Below are positions 28,381 to 37,967 of a stretch of 41,960 nt of DNA, piece after piece. Location of the stretch: contig DOWV01000226.1 of NCBI GenBank assembly GCA_003519375.1, positions 11,885 to 53,844 on the forward strand, in the 5' to 3' direction. Made by a program: the position numbers and the translations under genes. The notes beneath the pieces were generated by a model, which saw only the letters and a list, made by a program, of their open reading frames with translations, did not search any database and was not told the origin of the DNA. Within the stretch, counting starts at the first letter, position 1, and every line of letters starts with the position of its first letter. This DNA comes from Bacteroidota bacterium. GTDB taxonomy: Bacteria; Bacteroidota; Ignavibacteria; UBA10030.

Positions 28381-29289
28381 TTAGTGGGTGATATCGGCAT
28401 ACTTCTCGATGCCGCGTGTCTGAACGTCGCTTCGTATTCGTTTCACCAATCCCTGCAGAACCTTGCCGGGGCCGATCTCTATGAAAGTCGAAGCCCCGTC
28501 CGCCGTCATATTGTTGATCGTCTCTTCCCATCGAACAGGACTTGTGAGCTGTTCATTCAGCAGGCGCCGGATCTCTTCCGCGTTCAGGACCGGCCTGGCG
28601 CTCACATTTGCATACACCGGAATCGCCGCGTCGCGAATCGCTGTCTTCTCCAGCGCGAAGCGCAATCCGCTCTTCGCCGATTCCATAAGGGGCGAGTGGA
28701 ATGCACCGCTCACCGGCAGCTCCTTCACCAACTTTGCGCCGCGTTCTTTCGCCAACTCCATCGCCCTGCGCACACCGGCCACGGAACCTGAAATGACGAT
28801 CTGGCCCGGGGAGTTGAAATTCGCGGCTTGGACTATTCCTGCTTCCGACGCGGCGCGGCACGTCTCATCGATCACGGCAGGATCCAACCCGACAACCGCA
28901 GCCATGGTGCCCGGCTGCTCGATTCCAGCCCGCTGCATCAGTTCGCCGCGCAGGCGAACGAGCCGCAGTCCGTCTTCGAAGGTCAGCGCTCCCGCATACA
29001 CGAGAGCGGAGTATTCTCCAAGCGAGTGCCCGGCGGCCATCGAAGCCTTTTCGCTCCGGTAGAACCGGGCTGCAATGACACTGTGGAGAAAGATCGCGGG
29101 CTGTGTGTTCTTCGTTTGCCTCAGATCTTCTTCAGGTCCCTGAAAGCAAACCGCACTGAGAGGAAATCCGACGATGGTATCAGCCTGTTCGAACAGCTTC
29201 CGCGCCTCGGGATGCAGGTCGTGCAGATCTTTCGCCATCCCTACATATTGAGAACCCTGGCCCGGAAACAGAAATGCTATCGCGCTCAT
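28381..29289 (-). CDS. fabD: malonyl-CoA:ACP transacylase
   Basis: FPGQGSQ and the active-site motif GHSLGEYSA. Length is 302 aa. Confidence 0.95.
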   Translation of the reverse strand: MSAIAFLFPGQGSQYVGMAKDLHDLHPEARKLFEQADTIVGFPLSAVCFQGPEEDLRQTKNTQPAIFLHSVIAARFYRSEKASMAAGHSLGEYSALVYAGALTFEDGLRLVRLRGELMQRAGIEQPGTMAAVVGLDPAVIDETCRAASEAGIVQAANFNSPGQIVISGSVAGVRRAMELAKERGAKLVKELPVSGAFHSPLMESAKSGLRFALEKTAIRDAAIPVYANVSARPVLNAEEIRRLLNEQLTSPVRWEETINNMTADGASTFIEIGPGKVLQGLVKRIRSDVQTRGIEKYADITH

Positions 29290-29299
29290 CCGACCGTCA

Positions 29300-30307
29300 C
29301 TATCCTTTTCGGTTCTCGAGGGACCATTTGATCAGAACCGCGCCCCACGTATATCCGGCGCCGAAGCTCGACAGGACAATGTTCTGCCCTTGTCTTAATT
29401 TTCCCGCCAGCCACCATTCAGAGAGACAGAGGGGAATGGTTGCGGCTGTCGTATTTCCATACTTGTCGATGTTGATCATGACCTTCGACCGATCGAGACC
29501 CATCCGGTCGGCGGTTGCATCGACGATTCGAAGGTTCGCCTGGTGAGGAACAAGCCACGAGACGTCCTCGGACTTCAGATTGTTCCGCTCCATGATTTCC
29601 GCGGAGACATCTGCCATACCCTTCACGGCGACCTTGAAAACGGCCTTGCCGTCCTGGAAGATGTAGTGCATCCGCTTGTCAACGGTCTCATGCGTCGGCG
29701 GGTTCAGGCTGCCACCGCCTTTCATGTGGAGATACGAACCGCCGGAGCCGTCGCAGTACAACCGGTGGTCCAGTATGCCGGACGAGAAGTCATCGGACGG
29801 TTCGAGCAGGACTGCTCCGCCCGCATCGCCAAAAAGAATGCACGTGTTCCGGTCTGAATAGTCGGTGATACTGCTCATCTTGTCGGCGCCGACCACCACT
29901 ACCTTGTTCGCCGTTCCGCTTTCGATGAACTGGGCTCCTGCGACAAGTGCATAGAGAAAACCGGAGCACGCCGCCGAAAGGTCGAATCCCCACGCTTTGC
30001 TGGCGCCGATCTTGTCCTGAACGACACACGCCGTGGCGGGGAAGAACATATCCGGCGTCACCGTGGCCACGATGATGATGTCGATTTCTGTTGCTTCGAT
30101 CTTCCTGTGCGCCAGCATGGATTCAATGGCACCCACGGCGAGATCGGAAGTCGCTCCCTGTTCGAGGATGCGGCGTTCAGAAATCCCGGTCCGCGTGCGG
30201 ATCCACTCGTCGTTCGTGTCGACCATTTTTTCCAGTTCGGCATTCGTCAACACTTTGCCTGGAACATAGTGACCGACGGCAGTGATGGTTGCTCTTCGTG
30301 TTGTCAT
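29300..30307 (-). CDS. fabH: beta-ketoacyl-ACP synthase III
   Basis: AACSGF active-site Cys, plus the HQAN and GAG.TWG motifs. Length is 335 aa. Confidence 0.95.
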   Translation of the reverse strand: MTTRRATITAVGHYVPGKVLTNAELEKMVDTNDEWIRTRTGISERRILEQGATSDLAVGAIESMLAHRKIEATEIDIIIVATVTPDMFFPATACVVQDKIGASKAWGFDLSAACSGFLYALVAGAQFIESGTANKVVVVGADKMSSITDYSDRNTCILFGDAGGAVLLEPSDDFSSGILDHRLYCDGSGGSYLHMKGGGSLNPPTHETVDKRMHYIFQDGKAVFKVAVKGMADVSAEIMERNNLKSEDVSWLVPHQANLRIVDATADRMGLDRSKVMINIDKYGNTTAATIPLCLSEWWLAGKLRQGQNIVLSSFGAGYTWGAVLIKWSLENRKG

Positions 30308-30318
30308 GAAATTCCTTT

Positions 30319-31359
30319 TTACGCAGGCACATTCGCCGGTACGTCGGGCCGTAGCGAGGTGGCCATCGCCTCCTCGATATACTTGTTCAGTCCCGACTCA
30401 GCAACCTCGACGGCCTTCAGCACCATGTTCCTGAGAGCTTTCGGGCTCGAGCTCCCGTGACCGATGAGTGAGACGCCGTTGACCCCCAGCACCGGAATGC
30501 CGCCGAACTCTTCATAGTCCATATCGCGAAGCGCTGCTTTCAATGATCCTCTGGCTGCTCCAATCAGCAGCGTCCGGAAAACGTTTCCAGCGGCGTACTG
30601 CTTCAGCTTGCTCTTGAGAAAGCGGGGAACACTCTCACCGAATTTGAGTATAACGTTGCCGACAAACCCATCGCAGACAATGACTTCCGACGTTCCCTTC
30701 AGGATATCCCGGCCTTCAACATTTCCGATAAAATTCAGGGTGCTCCGCTCGAGAAGCGCGTAAGCTTCCTGAACAGCCTCTGTCCCCTTTTTCTTCTCTT
30801 CTCCCACGTTCAGCAATCCGACTCTGGGATTCTCATGCTTGAATACCTTCTTTGAGTACATCGCCCCCATCACCGCGAACTCATAGAGGTGCTGTGCACG
30901 GCAATCTACATTCGTTCCGGCATCGACCAGCAGGCACACGCCTTTTTCCGACGGAAAGAAGGCGGCGATCGTCGGCCGGCTGATCCCCTTTATGCGTCCA
31001 AGAATAAGGGTCGAGGCGGAAAGTACTGCCCCTGTGTTTCCTACACTCGCGAAGGCGTCCGCTTTGCCATCCTTATGGAGCTGCATCCCGACGGCGAGGG
31101 AAGAGTTCTTCTTCTGCTTCAGGGCCGCGGTCGGCGGATCATCCATCGTAATAACCTCATCGGCATTGACGATGCTGATCGGAAGACCCGATGTATCGTG
31201 CCGCTTGAGGTGCTCCTCGATCTCGGCTTGTTTGCCGACGAGAATCACCTCAAATCTGTTCTTTCCCAAACGAAGGGCCTCGATTGCACCGGCAACTTCA
31301 TGTGCCGGCGCGAAATCTCCGCCCATAGCGTCCAGGACAACTCGTAGTCGATGAGCCAA
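30319..31359 (-). CDS. plsX: phosphate acyltransferase PlsX
   Basis: DAMGGD at the N-terminus and the typical PlsX length (346 aa). It sits in the conserved position between rpmF and fabH. Confidence 0.95.
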   Translation of the reverse strand: MAHRLRVVLDAMGGDFAPAHEVAGAIEALRLGKNRFEVILVGKQAEIEEHLKRHDTSGLPISIVNADEVITMDDPPTAALKQKKNSSLAVGMQLHKDGKADAFASVGNTGAVLSASTLILGRIKGISRPTIAAFFPSEKGVCLLVDAGTNVDCRAQHLYEFAVMGAMYSKKVFKHENPRVGLLNVGEEKKKGTEAVQEAYALLERSTLNFIGNVEGRDILKGTSEVIVCDGFVGNVILKFGESVPRFLKSKLKQYAAGNVFRTLLIGAARGSLKAALRDMDYEEFGGIPVLGVNGVSLIGHGSSSPKALRNMVLKAVEVAESGLNKYIEEAMATSLRPDVPANVPA

Positions 31360-31435
31360 AGGATTCGTACTCTCCGGTGCGTGAATAGACTCGGGACCTT
31401 CTTGTGACAGGGCCGGTTTCCCGGAACTCCTCCTA

Positions 31436-31474
31436 CAGAGGCAAAATCCCGCTTCGTCGATGACAAAGCGGGAT
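31436..31474 (-). terminator. hairpin plus short T tract between rpmF and plsX (possible partial terminator or attenuator)
   Basis: The minus strand reads ATCCCGCTT-tgtcatcgacg-AAGCGGGAT followed by TTTGCC. The stem is 9 bp and perfect (31446-31454 / 31466-31474). Confidence 0.35.
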
Positions 31475-31495
31475 CATCAGCTCGTTCCGAGACCC

Positions 31496-31678
31496 TTAGG
31501 ATTCTTTAGGAATGATGATCGAACGACCATCGTAGAAACCGCAATTCGGGCAGGCTCGATGCTGCAGCTTCTGCTCGTGGCAATTCGGGCATTCAGCCGT
31601 CGCAGGCACCGTCGCTTTGTAATGAGTGCGGCGCTTTCGCCCGCGGGTCTTTGAGTGGCGTCGTTTTGGATTTGGCAT
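31496..31678 (-). CDS. rpmF: 50S ribosomal protein L32
   Basis: [18 protein letters not shown]-terminus and a CPNC...CPNC zinc ribbon. Length is 60 aa. Confidence 0.95.
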   Translation of the reverse strand: MPNPKRRHSKTRGRKRRTHYKATVPATAECPNCHEQKLQHRACPNCGFYDGRSIIIPKES

Positions 31679-31712
31679 TGATGAAACCTCGAGCTAGAGA
31701 GCGATGAGTATT

Positions 31713-32216
31713 CTAGTTTTTCAGAAACTTCTGGAGCCCTGACAAGGGAGTATCAATCTGAACTTTCTCGCACTGACACGAATCCTTGTTCAGGTTCGTC
31801 CCACACGAGGGACAAAGACCCGCGCAATCCTCCCTGCAAAGCATTTTCTGGGGAAGCGAGAGAATTGCAAATTGACGAACATCTTCACCGATATCGATTG
31901 TGTTCGCCTCGGATGACAGCACCTGTACCTCTTCCACATCGGCACCGGGCGGTGGTGTGTCCGGAACATACACAACCTGATAGGTCGATGAATGGTCTGC
32001 CTCAAAATCTTCGAGGCAGCGGTCGCACGTGAAAACGCCGCCGGTCTTCGTTTCGACTTGCAGCAAGAGCTGACGGCTTGTCTTCTCGAGGGTCGCCTCA
32101 ATCTGGACATCCTTCGTGAAGCGTGAATCAAGTCCGACTTCCTCTGCCGTTGCCTGGAGCGAACGCTGGTGAGTTCCCTCAGGCAGCCCCGAAATATTGA
32201 TTCTCAGAACACTCAC
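31713..32216 (-). CDS. yceD: YceD/DUF177 family protein (large-subunit rRNA accumulation protein)
   Basis: It sits in the conserved position immediately upstream of rpmF. It has CDRC and C..C..C cysteine clusters. GTG start as listed. Confidence 0.85.
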   Translation of the reverse strand: MSVLRINISGLPEGTHQRSLQATAEEVGLDSRFTKDVQIEATLEKTSRQLLLQVETKTGGVFTCDRCLEDFEADHSSTYQVVYVPDTPPPGADVEEVQVLSSEANTIDIGEDVRQFAILSLPQKMLCREDCAGLCPSCGTNLNKDSCQCEKVQIDTPLSGLQKFLKN

Positions 32217-32320
32217 CGTCCCCCCTTCTCCGGCAAGATACTGATAAAACAGCCGCTTCAGACTCCGGAAAGTATCGGTTTTCGAAGGATTTGGACCATT
32301 TTTTGCAAAAAAGCGCTAAA

Positions 32321-32349
32321 AATATAACCAGAACGCGCCAGAGAGTCAA
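32321..32349 (-). promoter_or_regulatory. sigma70-like promoter of the yceD-rpmF-plsX-fab operon (TTGACT-N17-TATATT)
   Basis: The reverse complement reads cccTTGACTctctggcgcgttctggtTATATTtt. A 14-bp palindrome TTTTTTGCAAAAAA (32299-32312) lies at the predicted start site. Confidence 0.5.
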
Positions 32350-32387
32350 GGGAAAAACTCCGGCCCTCTTGCTGGATGTGAACTGTG

Positions 32388-32424
32388 AAAAAAAAAGCCC
32401 TCGCACCTCGCGTACGTGGGCTTT
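32388..32424 (-). terminator. Rho-independent terminator downstream of the Pur-alpha-like gene
   Basis: The minus strand reads gaAAGCCCacgtacgcgaggtgcgaGGGCTTTTTTTTTc. A GC-rich stem is followed by a 9-T run, starting 30 nt after the stop codon. Confidence 0.7.
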
Positions 32425-32453
32425 CAGCACAATTGCAGGAATACCAGCGGAGA

Positions 32454-32765
32454 TCAGGCCTCCCGCACAGCCACCACTTCTGTGGTTCCCGGCTCGGCAT
32501 GCACAAGTAGCTTGCCTTGGACATATTCTACGGTCTCATCCAACGCATCCCGGAATTTCTCGAAATCTTCTTTGTAGAGGAAGATCTTGTGCTTTTCATA
32601 TTCTTCCTCACCAACACGTTTGCTTTCGGTAATCGTGATGTAGAAATCCTTTTCCGATTTTGTCGATTTCACATCAAAGAAATAGGTGCGCTTACCGGCT
32701 CTCACCCGTTTCGTGAAGATCTCGTCTTTATAGGTATTTTCCAAGGTTGTACTACCTCCCTTCAA
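32454..32765 (-). CDS. bacterial Pur-alpha-like nucleic-acid-binding protein (DUF3276)
   Basis: EIFTKRVRAGKRTYFFDVKSTKSEKDFYITITESKR matches the DUF3276/PUR repeat pattern of FCB bacteria. There is no ATG. Candidate starts are TTG at 32765 (as listed) or TTG at 32744, which has GGGAGG about 9 nt upstream and which I prefer. Confidence 0.8.
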   Translation of the reverse strand: MKGGSTTLENTYKDEIFTKRVRAGKRTYFFDVKSTKSEKDFYITITESKRVGEEEYEKHKIFLYKEDFEKFRDALDETVEYVQGKLLVHAEPGTTEVVAVREA

Positions 32766-32982
32766 AAAGATCAGTCTTGATATAGAGATTTTCTCTCCGG
32801 CTATTGTACGTGAACCAAACTCTCCTGCCGCTCCTCACCGGAGCTTTTTCTCCATGTCGGTGCCCTGGATCCTGGCAGGTCCATCCACTCTGTGCAACCC
32901 GAGCTCTTGCGATCCGCCCCTCAATGGTTCTTCAGAGGGCCGGACAAGTCCTTAGCCAACGATTTCGCCTACTTCCTGTCAA

Positions 32983-35274
32983 TCACCTCCTTATGACCGC
33001 GACCTTCGCAGCGGTTGTTTGATTTCCGTTTTCTGCAAATGCCACAATGAAGTAGATCCCGCTCGGCACGATCTGACCATTCTTGTCGTGCCCGTCCCAG
33101 AATGCACGGCCGCCGCCCTGAGCGGCGAATTCCGATACCAGCTTTCCGTCTGTCGAAATCACTTTGATGGTCGTTTGGGCCGCAAGGTTCTTGATCGTCA
33201 GCGGTTTTGCCGACGGCAGGATGAACGGATTCGGACCAAGCTCCAACGTCGATAGTGACTGCTCAGTCTGTATCGGCGCGACTTCCAGGCTCGACAATCC
33301 TTTTTCAGTGCCGAAGTATACGATTCCGCGGCCGTGATCAAACGCAATCGAACGGACATCGTTGTCCACCAGTTTTCCGTTCGTCGAGAGGACGGTGTAT
33401 TGCGCCAGGACCTGTGTCGCATCCTGGTTCACAACGATGACGCCTTCCTTGGTACCCACCCATTTATTGTTCACCGCGTCGACAGCAATCGCCTGAATGA
33501 CCTGCCCGCGAAACGGGAAAGGGGCTGGTCTCAGCCTGCCATTCTTGGGATTTGTGGGTACGATGATCACTTCCATCCCCACATCGGTTCCAACCCACAC
33601 GTAACCGTCTCGGTCCAATGCGAGGGAAAGAATCGTGTTATTCAACATTCCGTCAGATTCACTCAACGATCCCCAGCCGCCGAGGACAGCAGTACCGCTC
33701 ACGGTCAGGTTTTCATTGAAATACCACAGACCGCCGGACGGTTTATCGCTTGGTTCGGCGTTCGCGAACCATTTCGTGTCGTTTCCGTCGACAAGGACAT
33801 TGGTGAATTTTCCATCCGAAGGCGAGTTGCGGTAAAGGACAGAATTATCACTTTTCAATTGAGCGACGTGGTTGCCGTTCACCGCGGTACGATTGACGAC
33901 CCACGTTTCACTCTTCGAGTCGATCGATACTCCTCCGATCACAACGTAATTCGGATCCTGCGGGACTGACCCTGCAAATGCAGGAACTGTTGCTTGATCA
34001 AGGTGCCGTCGAATCGTGTCAGCCACGACTTCCACCACCCCGTACCCCCAGGAACTCACCCAGATGGACCCTGATGCGCCGGGGGAGACTTTGTAATAAT
34101 CGTTACTCTTCATCGAGGGTGAGGTCTCGACCGTGTAGTTCTTCCATTGAGCTTCCGTGGAAGCCCCGGGATCAAAGCGATAGAATCCACGGCCGCGATT
34201 ACTGATACCCGATGCTCCCCAGAGAATTCCGCGGTCATCGACAACCACGCTGCTGAACAAGTTCGACTCCGGGCAGTTCGGAGCCTTGAAATCCCATGAA
34301 GAACTCCACCGCCCCAGACCGTTCGTCGTCGTGCCTACCCAGAGATCCGTTTTCGTCGGCTGGTCGATGATCGACGTGGCGGAGAAATCTGTTCTGGCGG
34401 TCAGCACGGTGACGGGAGAAGTAAGACCGGCGTATGACGCAATCTTGAATCCTGGATTTTCGTTCCACAGGAGCACCAGATCTTGAGACCGCGGAAGCAA
34501 GTCGGCAATTGCTTTGCCGGCGACCGCGGCCACCGGGACGAATTTGCTGCCGTCGAAGGCGGCCAGACCCGCCAACGTCCCGACAAGAACGGTATCACGA
34601 AACACCGCCACGGCATTGCATACAGGCGCCGGAAGGCCGCCTGCAGTCGTGTACGTCGTCCAGGAAGTGGGAGCTGACAGGTTCGGCGCATGGAGCGGAG
34701 CCGAAGAGACTCCAAGATCTGTCGCGACCCAGAGCCGGTTGTTGTGGATCTTGATATCGTTGACGCCTGCCTGTGTTGTGAATCCGAGATTCGCATAGGT
34801 ATCGCGAAATTCCATACGCGAGAGCTGGAGCACCGAGATTCCGAAATCGGTTCCGACGAACAACGAATCACCCCGGATGAAGAAAACGCGGATGGCTTTT
34901 TGAACGCGGCCAGATTCCGCGATACCCCGCACTTCGAGCCAGGCCCCGGTTCGGGGATCGAACGAGTTGATATACCCGTTGGATGAACCGGTCCACACAT
35001 TGCCATCGCCATCGATCGAGACAGCCGTCAGGTCATTGCTGCTGAGGCCGTCGGAATTCGTGTATTTCACGAAACGGTTTGAGGAAGGAGCATACAGGAA
35101 CAATCCGCCGGAGGTAGCGGCCCAGAGAGAATCTGATGCAGCCGCCACGTTGCGGACGACTTTCATATCAGTAAAGTTCTTCCACCGGCCAAGATCCACA
35201 GGATTCTGCTGCGCTGCCGCCATCACTGGCACTGCGCACACCCACACCCACCGCATGACGGATACCTGGTTCAT
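32983..35274 (-). CDS. secreted beta-propeller (two-component-regulator-propeller-like repeats) protein with T9SS C-terminal sorting domain
   Basis: Signal peptide MNQVSVMRWVWVCAVPVMAAAQQ. Many W/G-rich repeats are present (LW.GT..GL type). The C-terminal ~80 aa look like a Por/T9SS CTD (...WDGHDKNGQIVPSGIYFIVAFAENGNQTTAAKVAVIRR). Start set at Met31 of the listed ORF, so it does not overlap ribH. Confidence 0.75.
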   Translation of the reverse strand: MNQVSVMRWVWVCAVPVMAAAQQNPVDLGRWKNFTDMKVVRNVAAASDSLWAATSGGLFLYAPSSNRFVKYTNSDGLSSNDLTAVSIDGDGNVWTGSSNGYINSFDPRTGAWLEVRGIAESGRVQKAIRVFFIRGDSLFVGTDFGISVLQLSRMEFRDTYANLGFTTQAGVNDIKIHNNRLWVATDLGVSSAPLHAPNLSAPTSWTTYTTAGGLPAPVCNAVAVFRDTVLVGTLAGLAAFDGSKFVPVAAVAGKAIADLLPRSQDLVLLWNENPGFKIASYAGLTSPVTVLTARTDFSATSIIDQPTKTDLWVGTTTNGLGRWSSSWDFKAPNCPESNLFSSVVVDDRGILWGASGISNRGRGFYRFDPGASTEAQWKNYTVETSPSMKSNDYYKVSPGASGSIWVSSWGYGVVEVVADTIRRHLDQATVPAFAGSVPQDPNYVVIGGVSIDSKSETWVVNRTAVNGNHVAQLKSDNSVLYRNSPSDGKFTNVLVDGNDTKWFANAEPSDKPSGGLWYFNENLTVSGTAVLGGWGSLSESDGMLNNTILSLALDRDGYVWVGTDVGMEVIIVPTNPKNGRLRPAPFPFRGQVIQAIAVDAVNNKWVGTKEGVIVVNQDATQVLAQYTVLSTNGKLVDNDVRSIAFDHGRGIVYFGTEKGLSSLEVAPIQTEQSLSTLELGPNPFILPSAKPLTIKNLAAQTTIKVISTDGKLVSEFAAQGGGRAFWDGHDKNGQIVPSGIYFIVAFAENGNQTTAAKVAVIRR

Positions 35275-35281
35275 AGATCGG

Positions 35282-35797
35282 TTACGTTCTGCGCGCTGGA
35301 GCCGGCCGATGCCGATGAAGTTTCTTTCGAAGCAGGGCCATCTCGACCGCTGCATCGGCCGCATCCCATCCTTTGTTTCCCATGACGCCTCCAGCGCGAT
35401 CTTCGGCCTGTCCGATCGTATCGGTCGTGAGCACGCCGAACGTTACGGGAAGAGCATGGAGCAATGCAACCTGCTGGATGCCTCGAGCTGACTCAGCAGA
35501 CACATATTCAAAGTGCGGGGTTTCCCCGCGAACGACCGCGCCGAGGCAGACGATGGCATCGAAGGCCCCCGTTCGGGCAAGGAGGTTTGCGGCCTGCGGG
35601 AGTTCGAACGCACCCGGGCAATGGACAACCCGGACGTCACCCCTCCGGACCCCCCGGAGGCGCAGGCTCTGTTCCGCGCCAGCCCGTAACTTTCTGGTGA
35701 TTTTCTGATGGAAGCGGCTGACGACGACCGCAATCTTCAACCCGCGGCCTGCCGCGCTTTGTTTCGACGCTCCCTGAGCCTTGTGTCCGACATTCAC
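35282..35797 (-). CDS. ribH: 6,7-dimethyl-8-ribityllumazine synthase
   Basis: IAVVVSRFH......L..GA, VPGAFELP, G.V.RGET.HFEYV and G.LT motifs. The GTG start overlaps the upstream stop (GTGA). Confidence 0.9.
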   Translation of the reverse strand: MNVGHKAQGASKQSAAGRGLKIAVVVSRFHQKITRKLRAGAEQSLRLRGVRRGDVRVVHCPGAFELPQAANLLARTGAFDAIVCLGAVVRGETPHFEYVSAESARGIQQVALLHALPVTFGVLTTDTIGQAEDRAGGVMGNKGWDAADAAVEMALLRKKLHRHRPAPARRT

Positions 35798-36675
35798 GAA
35801 AAGAGCCTGCTCCGCATCGTTTCGACTACATGCATGGGCACGGTGAACATGCCGAGCGTATGGTCGTCATTCTTCTTTCCTCCGTGGAAATCGGAACCGC
35901 CGCTCTCGAGAAGGAAATACTGATTGACCACTCCACGGTAGTATGCTTTCAGTTTGTCATCGTGCGCCGGATGGACGACCTCAATCCCATCCAATCCGCT
36001 CTTGATCAGCTGTGAAAGCTCCAGCTCGGTCATGTGCTTTCCCGGATGGGCGAGGAACGACAACCCGCCGGCATTTGTCACGAGCCGGAATGCATCCACC
36101 GGGTTCAGCTGATACTTCTTTTCAAACGCAGGCCCCCCCGTCCCGATAAAACGTTCGAAGGCTTCGTGGTAAGTCGCAATGTACCCTCCGTCGAGGAGAG
36201 CATTTGCGATATGAGGCCGGCCCACCGATCCGACTCCTGCTTGCTCCAGCACGGCTTCCAGTTTGAGCGGTACGTTGATCTTGTTCAGTTTCTGGACGAT
36301 CCGTTCCGCGCGTTTCAAACGCTCACGCCGGAAAAATGTCAGATAGTCCAGAAGATCCTGGTTCCGGTGATCAAAAAAATACGCGAGAACGTGCACATCC
36401 TTCTCACCGAGGGAGACGCTCAACTCGAGTCCGGAAATCACTTCTATGCCGAGACCTTTTCCCCATTCAATTGCCTCGTCGAGAGCACCGACATTGTCAT
36501 GGTCGGTGATGGAGAGGACTTCGAGTCTGGCCCTATGAACTCGTTGAATCAGGTCATATGGTGAGTGGGCACCGTCCGAGTGCGTCGTGTGCGTGTGCAG
36601 ATCTGCGCGGCCTGCTGAGGAAAGGGACGATTGAGGAACATCGCCCTCGTTCCCAGACTCCACCTTCTGCGACAT
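35794..36675 (-). CDS. PHP-domain phosphoesterase (TrpH/YciV-like)
   Basis: DLHTHTTHSDG, ITDHD, SGGSDFHG motifs. Length is 293 aa. Confidence 0.85.
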   Translation of the reverse strand: MSQKVESGNEGDVPQSSLSSAGRADLHTHTTHSDGAHSPYDLIQRVHRARLEVLSITDHDNVGALDEAIEWGKGLGIEVISGLELSVSLGEKDVHVLAYFFDHRNQDLLDYLTFFRRERLKRAERIVQKLNKINVPLKLEAVLEQAGVGSVGRPHIANALLDGGYIATYHEAFERFIGTGGPAFEKKYQLNPVDAFRLVTNAGGLSFLAHPGKHMTELELSQLIKSGLDGIEVVHPAHDDKLKAYYRGVVNQYFLLESGGSDFHGGKKNDDHTLGMFTVPMHVVETMRSRLFS

Positions 36676-36787
36676 GAATTCTTATGCTGTAGGTTTAACA
36701 TATGAGATTTCCTTGCGGAAGCGCCCGACACTGCCAACCCGGAGCGGAGGGGGGTGCCTTACGGTACACTGTAAAGCCGCGGTGCTG

Positions 36788-37504
36788 CTAGAGATACTGC
36801 TTGCGAAACTCCTCGTAGTCGTTGATCGTCAATTTATTTCCGTCCAGCTGCAGATGTCCCTCACGAATAAATTGATGGATCATACGGGAGACCGTTTCGC
36901 GCGAGGTGCCGGCCATGTTGGCCATATCCTGCTGGAGCGGCAGCTCGTCGATCTCAACCTTCCCTTTTCGAAACACACCGATGTCATCAGCCAGCATCAG
37001 AATGACATTGGCGACGCGCCCCGATGCATCTTTGAGGGAGAGGCTTTTGATTTGTGTGTCGGCTTTGCGGAGCCGGGTGGTGAGCTCACCAAGGAGGGAA
37101 ATGGCGACTTGAGGGTGTTCCTGCAACAACTTCAGAAAATCACGACGGTGAATCATGAAAAGCTCTGCTTTGGCAAGAGCGACGACACTCGCAGAGCGCG
37201 CGAGCCCGTCCAGAAGAGACATCTCGCCGAAAAATTCACCGGGGCCGAATATGGAGAGAATCACTTCCCGTCCGTCCTCATCCGTCCGGACGATCTTGAC
37301 CTTTCCGGAAATGATGACAAAGAGCGCAGCCCCCATTTCCTTCTCAAGGACAACAATGTTGCCCTTTTTGTACTTCTTTCGGAGGCCGAGCTTCTCGATC
37401 TTCTTCAGCTCGGGTTCTTCAAGTTCAGCAAAGATGGGAACGTTTTCTAGGAAGCTCACGTCTCTCGTCGCGCAGTCAGTCGTTGGATGGGTGCTGGCCC
37501 TCAT
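36788..37504 (-). CDS. Crp/Fnr-family transcriptional regulator (cNMP-binding domain + HTH)
   Basis: cNMP-binding pattern (GEFFGEMSLLDG..RSASV.A) and a C-terminal HTH with recognition helix TSRETVSRMIHQF (CRP-like R-E...R). Confidence 0.9.
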   Translation of the reverse strand: MRASTHPTTDCATRDVSFLENVPIFAELEEPELKKIEKLGLRKKYKKGNIVVLEKEMGAALFVIISGKVKIVRTDEDGREVILSIFGPGEFFGEMSLLDGLARSASVVALAKAELFMIHRRDFLKLLQEHPQVAISLLGELTTRLRKADTQIKSLSLKDASGRVANVILMLADDIGVFRKGKVEIDELPLQQDMANMAGTSRETVSRMIHQFIREGHLQLDGNKLTINDYEEFRKQYL

Positions 37505-37557
37505 GAGAGTCGGTCAATAACGCCAGCCTGCCCCCGGTACCACACCTTTCGGTGCTC

Positions 37558-37586
37558 AATATATCCGCATCTGTAATGAAAGTCAA
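37558..37586 (-). promoter_or_regulatory. sigma70-like promoter of the crp-family gene (TTGACT-N17-TATATT)
   Basis: The reverse complement reads agccTTGACTttcattacagatgcggaTATATTga. It leaves a ~47-nt leader containing a CACC-gaaa-GGTG hairpin. Confidence 0.5.
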
Positions 37587-37681
37587 GGCTTAAACCCCCT
37601 GCCAGAATGGCGGATCAGAGAGGGAATGAGGCTTATGGCACACCTCGATTTGGAATAATAGTGGTTGAGGGGGATTGGGTA

Positions 37682-37705
37682 GAGTCCGATCCCCAGATCG
37701 GACTC
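37682..37705. repeat. perfect palindrome GAGTCCGATC-CCCA-GATCGGACTC (copy 1)
   Basis: Read directly from the sequence: 10-bp arms with a 4-nt spacer. It can be extended to 37675-37709 (TTGGG/CCCAA) if a 3-nt bulge is allowed. Confidence 0.85.
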
Positions 37706-37789
37706 CCAAGCAGGCATGCCCAAAGCGTCCTCTCCGCGATCGGATCTGCCGCGAATCAATGGATCAGAGAATGGTGCGACGGAGTGGCG

Positions 37790-37807
37790 TCCGATCCCCC
37801 GATCGGA
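37790..37807. repeat. palindrome TCCGATC-CCCC-GATCGGA (copy 2)
   Basis: Read directly from the sequence: the same 7-bp arms and the same 4-nt spacing as copy 1. The centres are 105 bp apart. Flanks are partly similar to copy 1, and it can be extended to 37787-37812 with a 2-nt bulge. Confidence 0.85.
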
Positions 37808-37933
37808 ACCGCAATGCGAAGGATAGGCGGGATAATTGCCAATTCCGGGCGAAGGATCCCTCACCGCCGAGCTTGTCGCGGGTTTGTGCTCGTCCGCACC
37901 AACTTTCCCGCTCAAGTTCCGTAAGGTTTGGAA

Positions 37934-37967
37934 GAAGGGCGCTGATGGGAAATCCCGACGGCCCTTC
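37934..37967 (+). other. stable stem-loop GAAGGGC-(gctgat GGG aaat CCC gacg)-GCCCTTC upstream of the small lipoprotein ORF
   Basis: A 7-bp perfect outer stem plus a 3-bp inner stem, read directly. No T tract follows, so it is not a classical terminator. It lies 45 nt upstream of the ATG at 38012. Confidence 0.5.
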
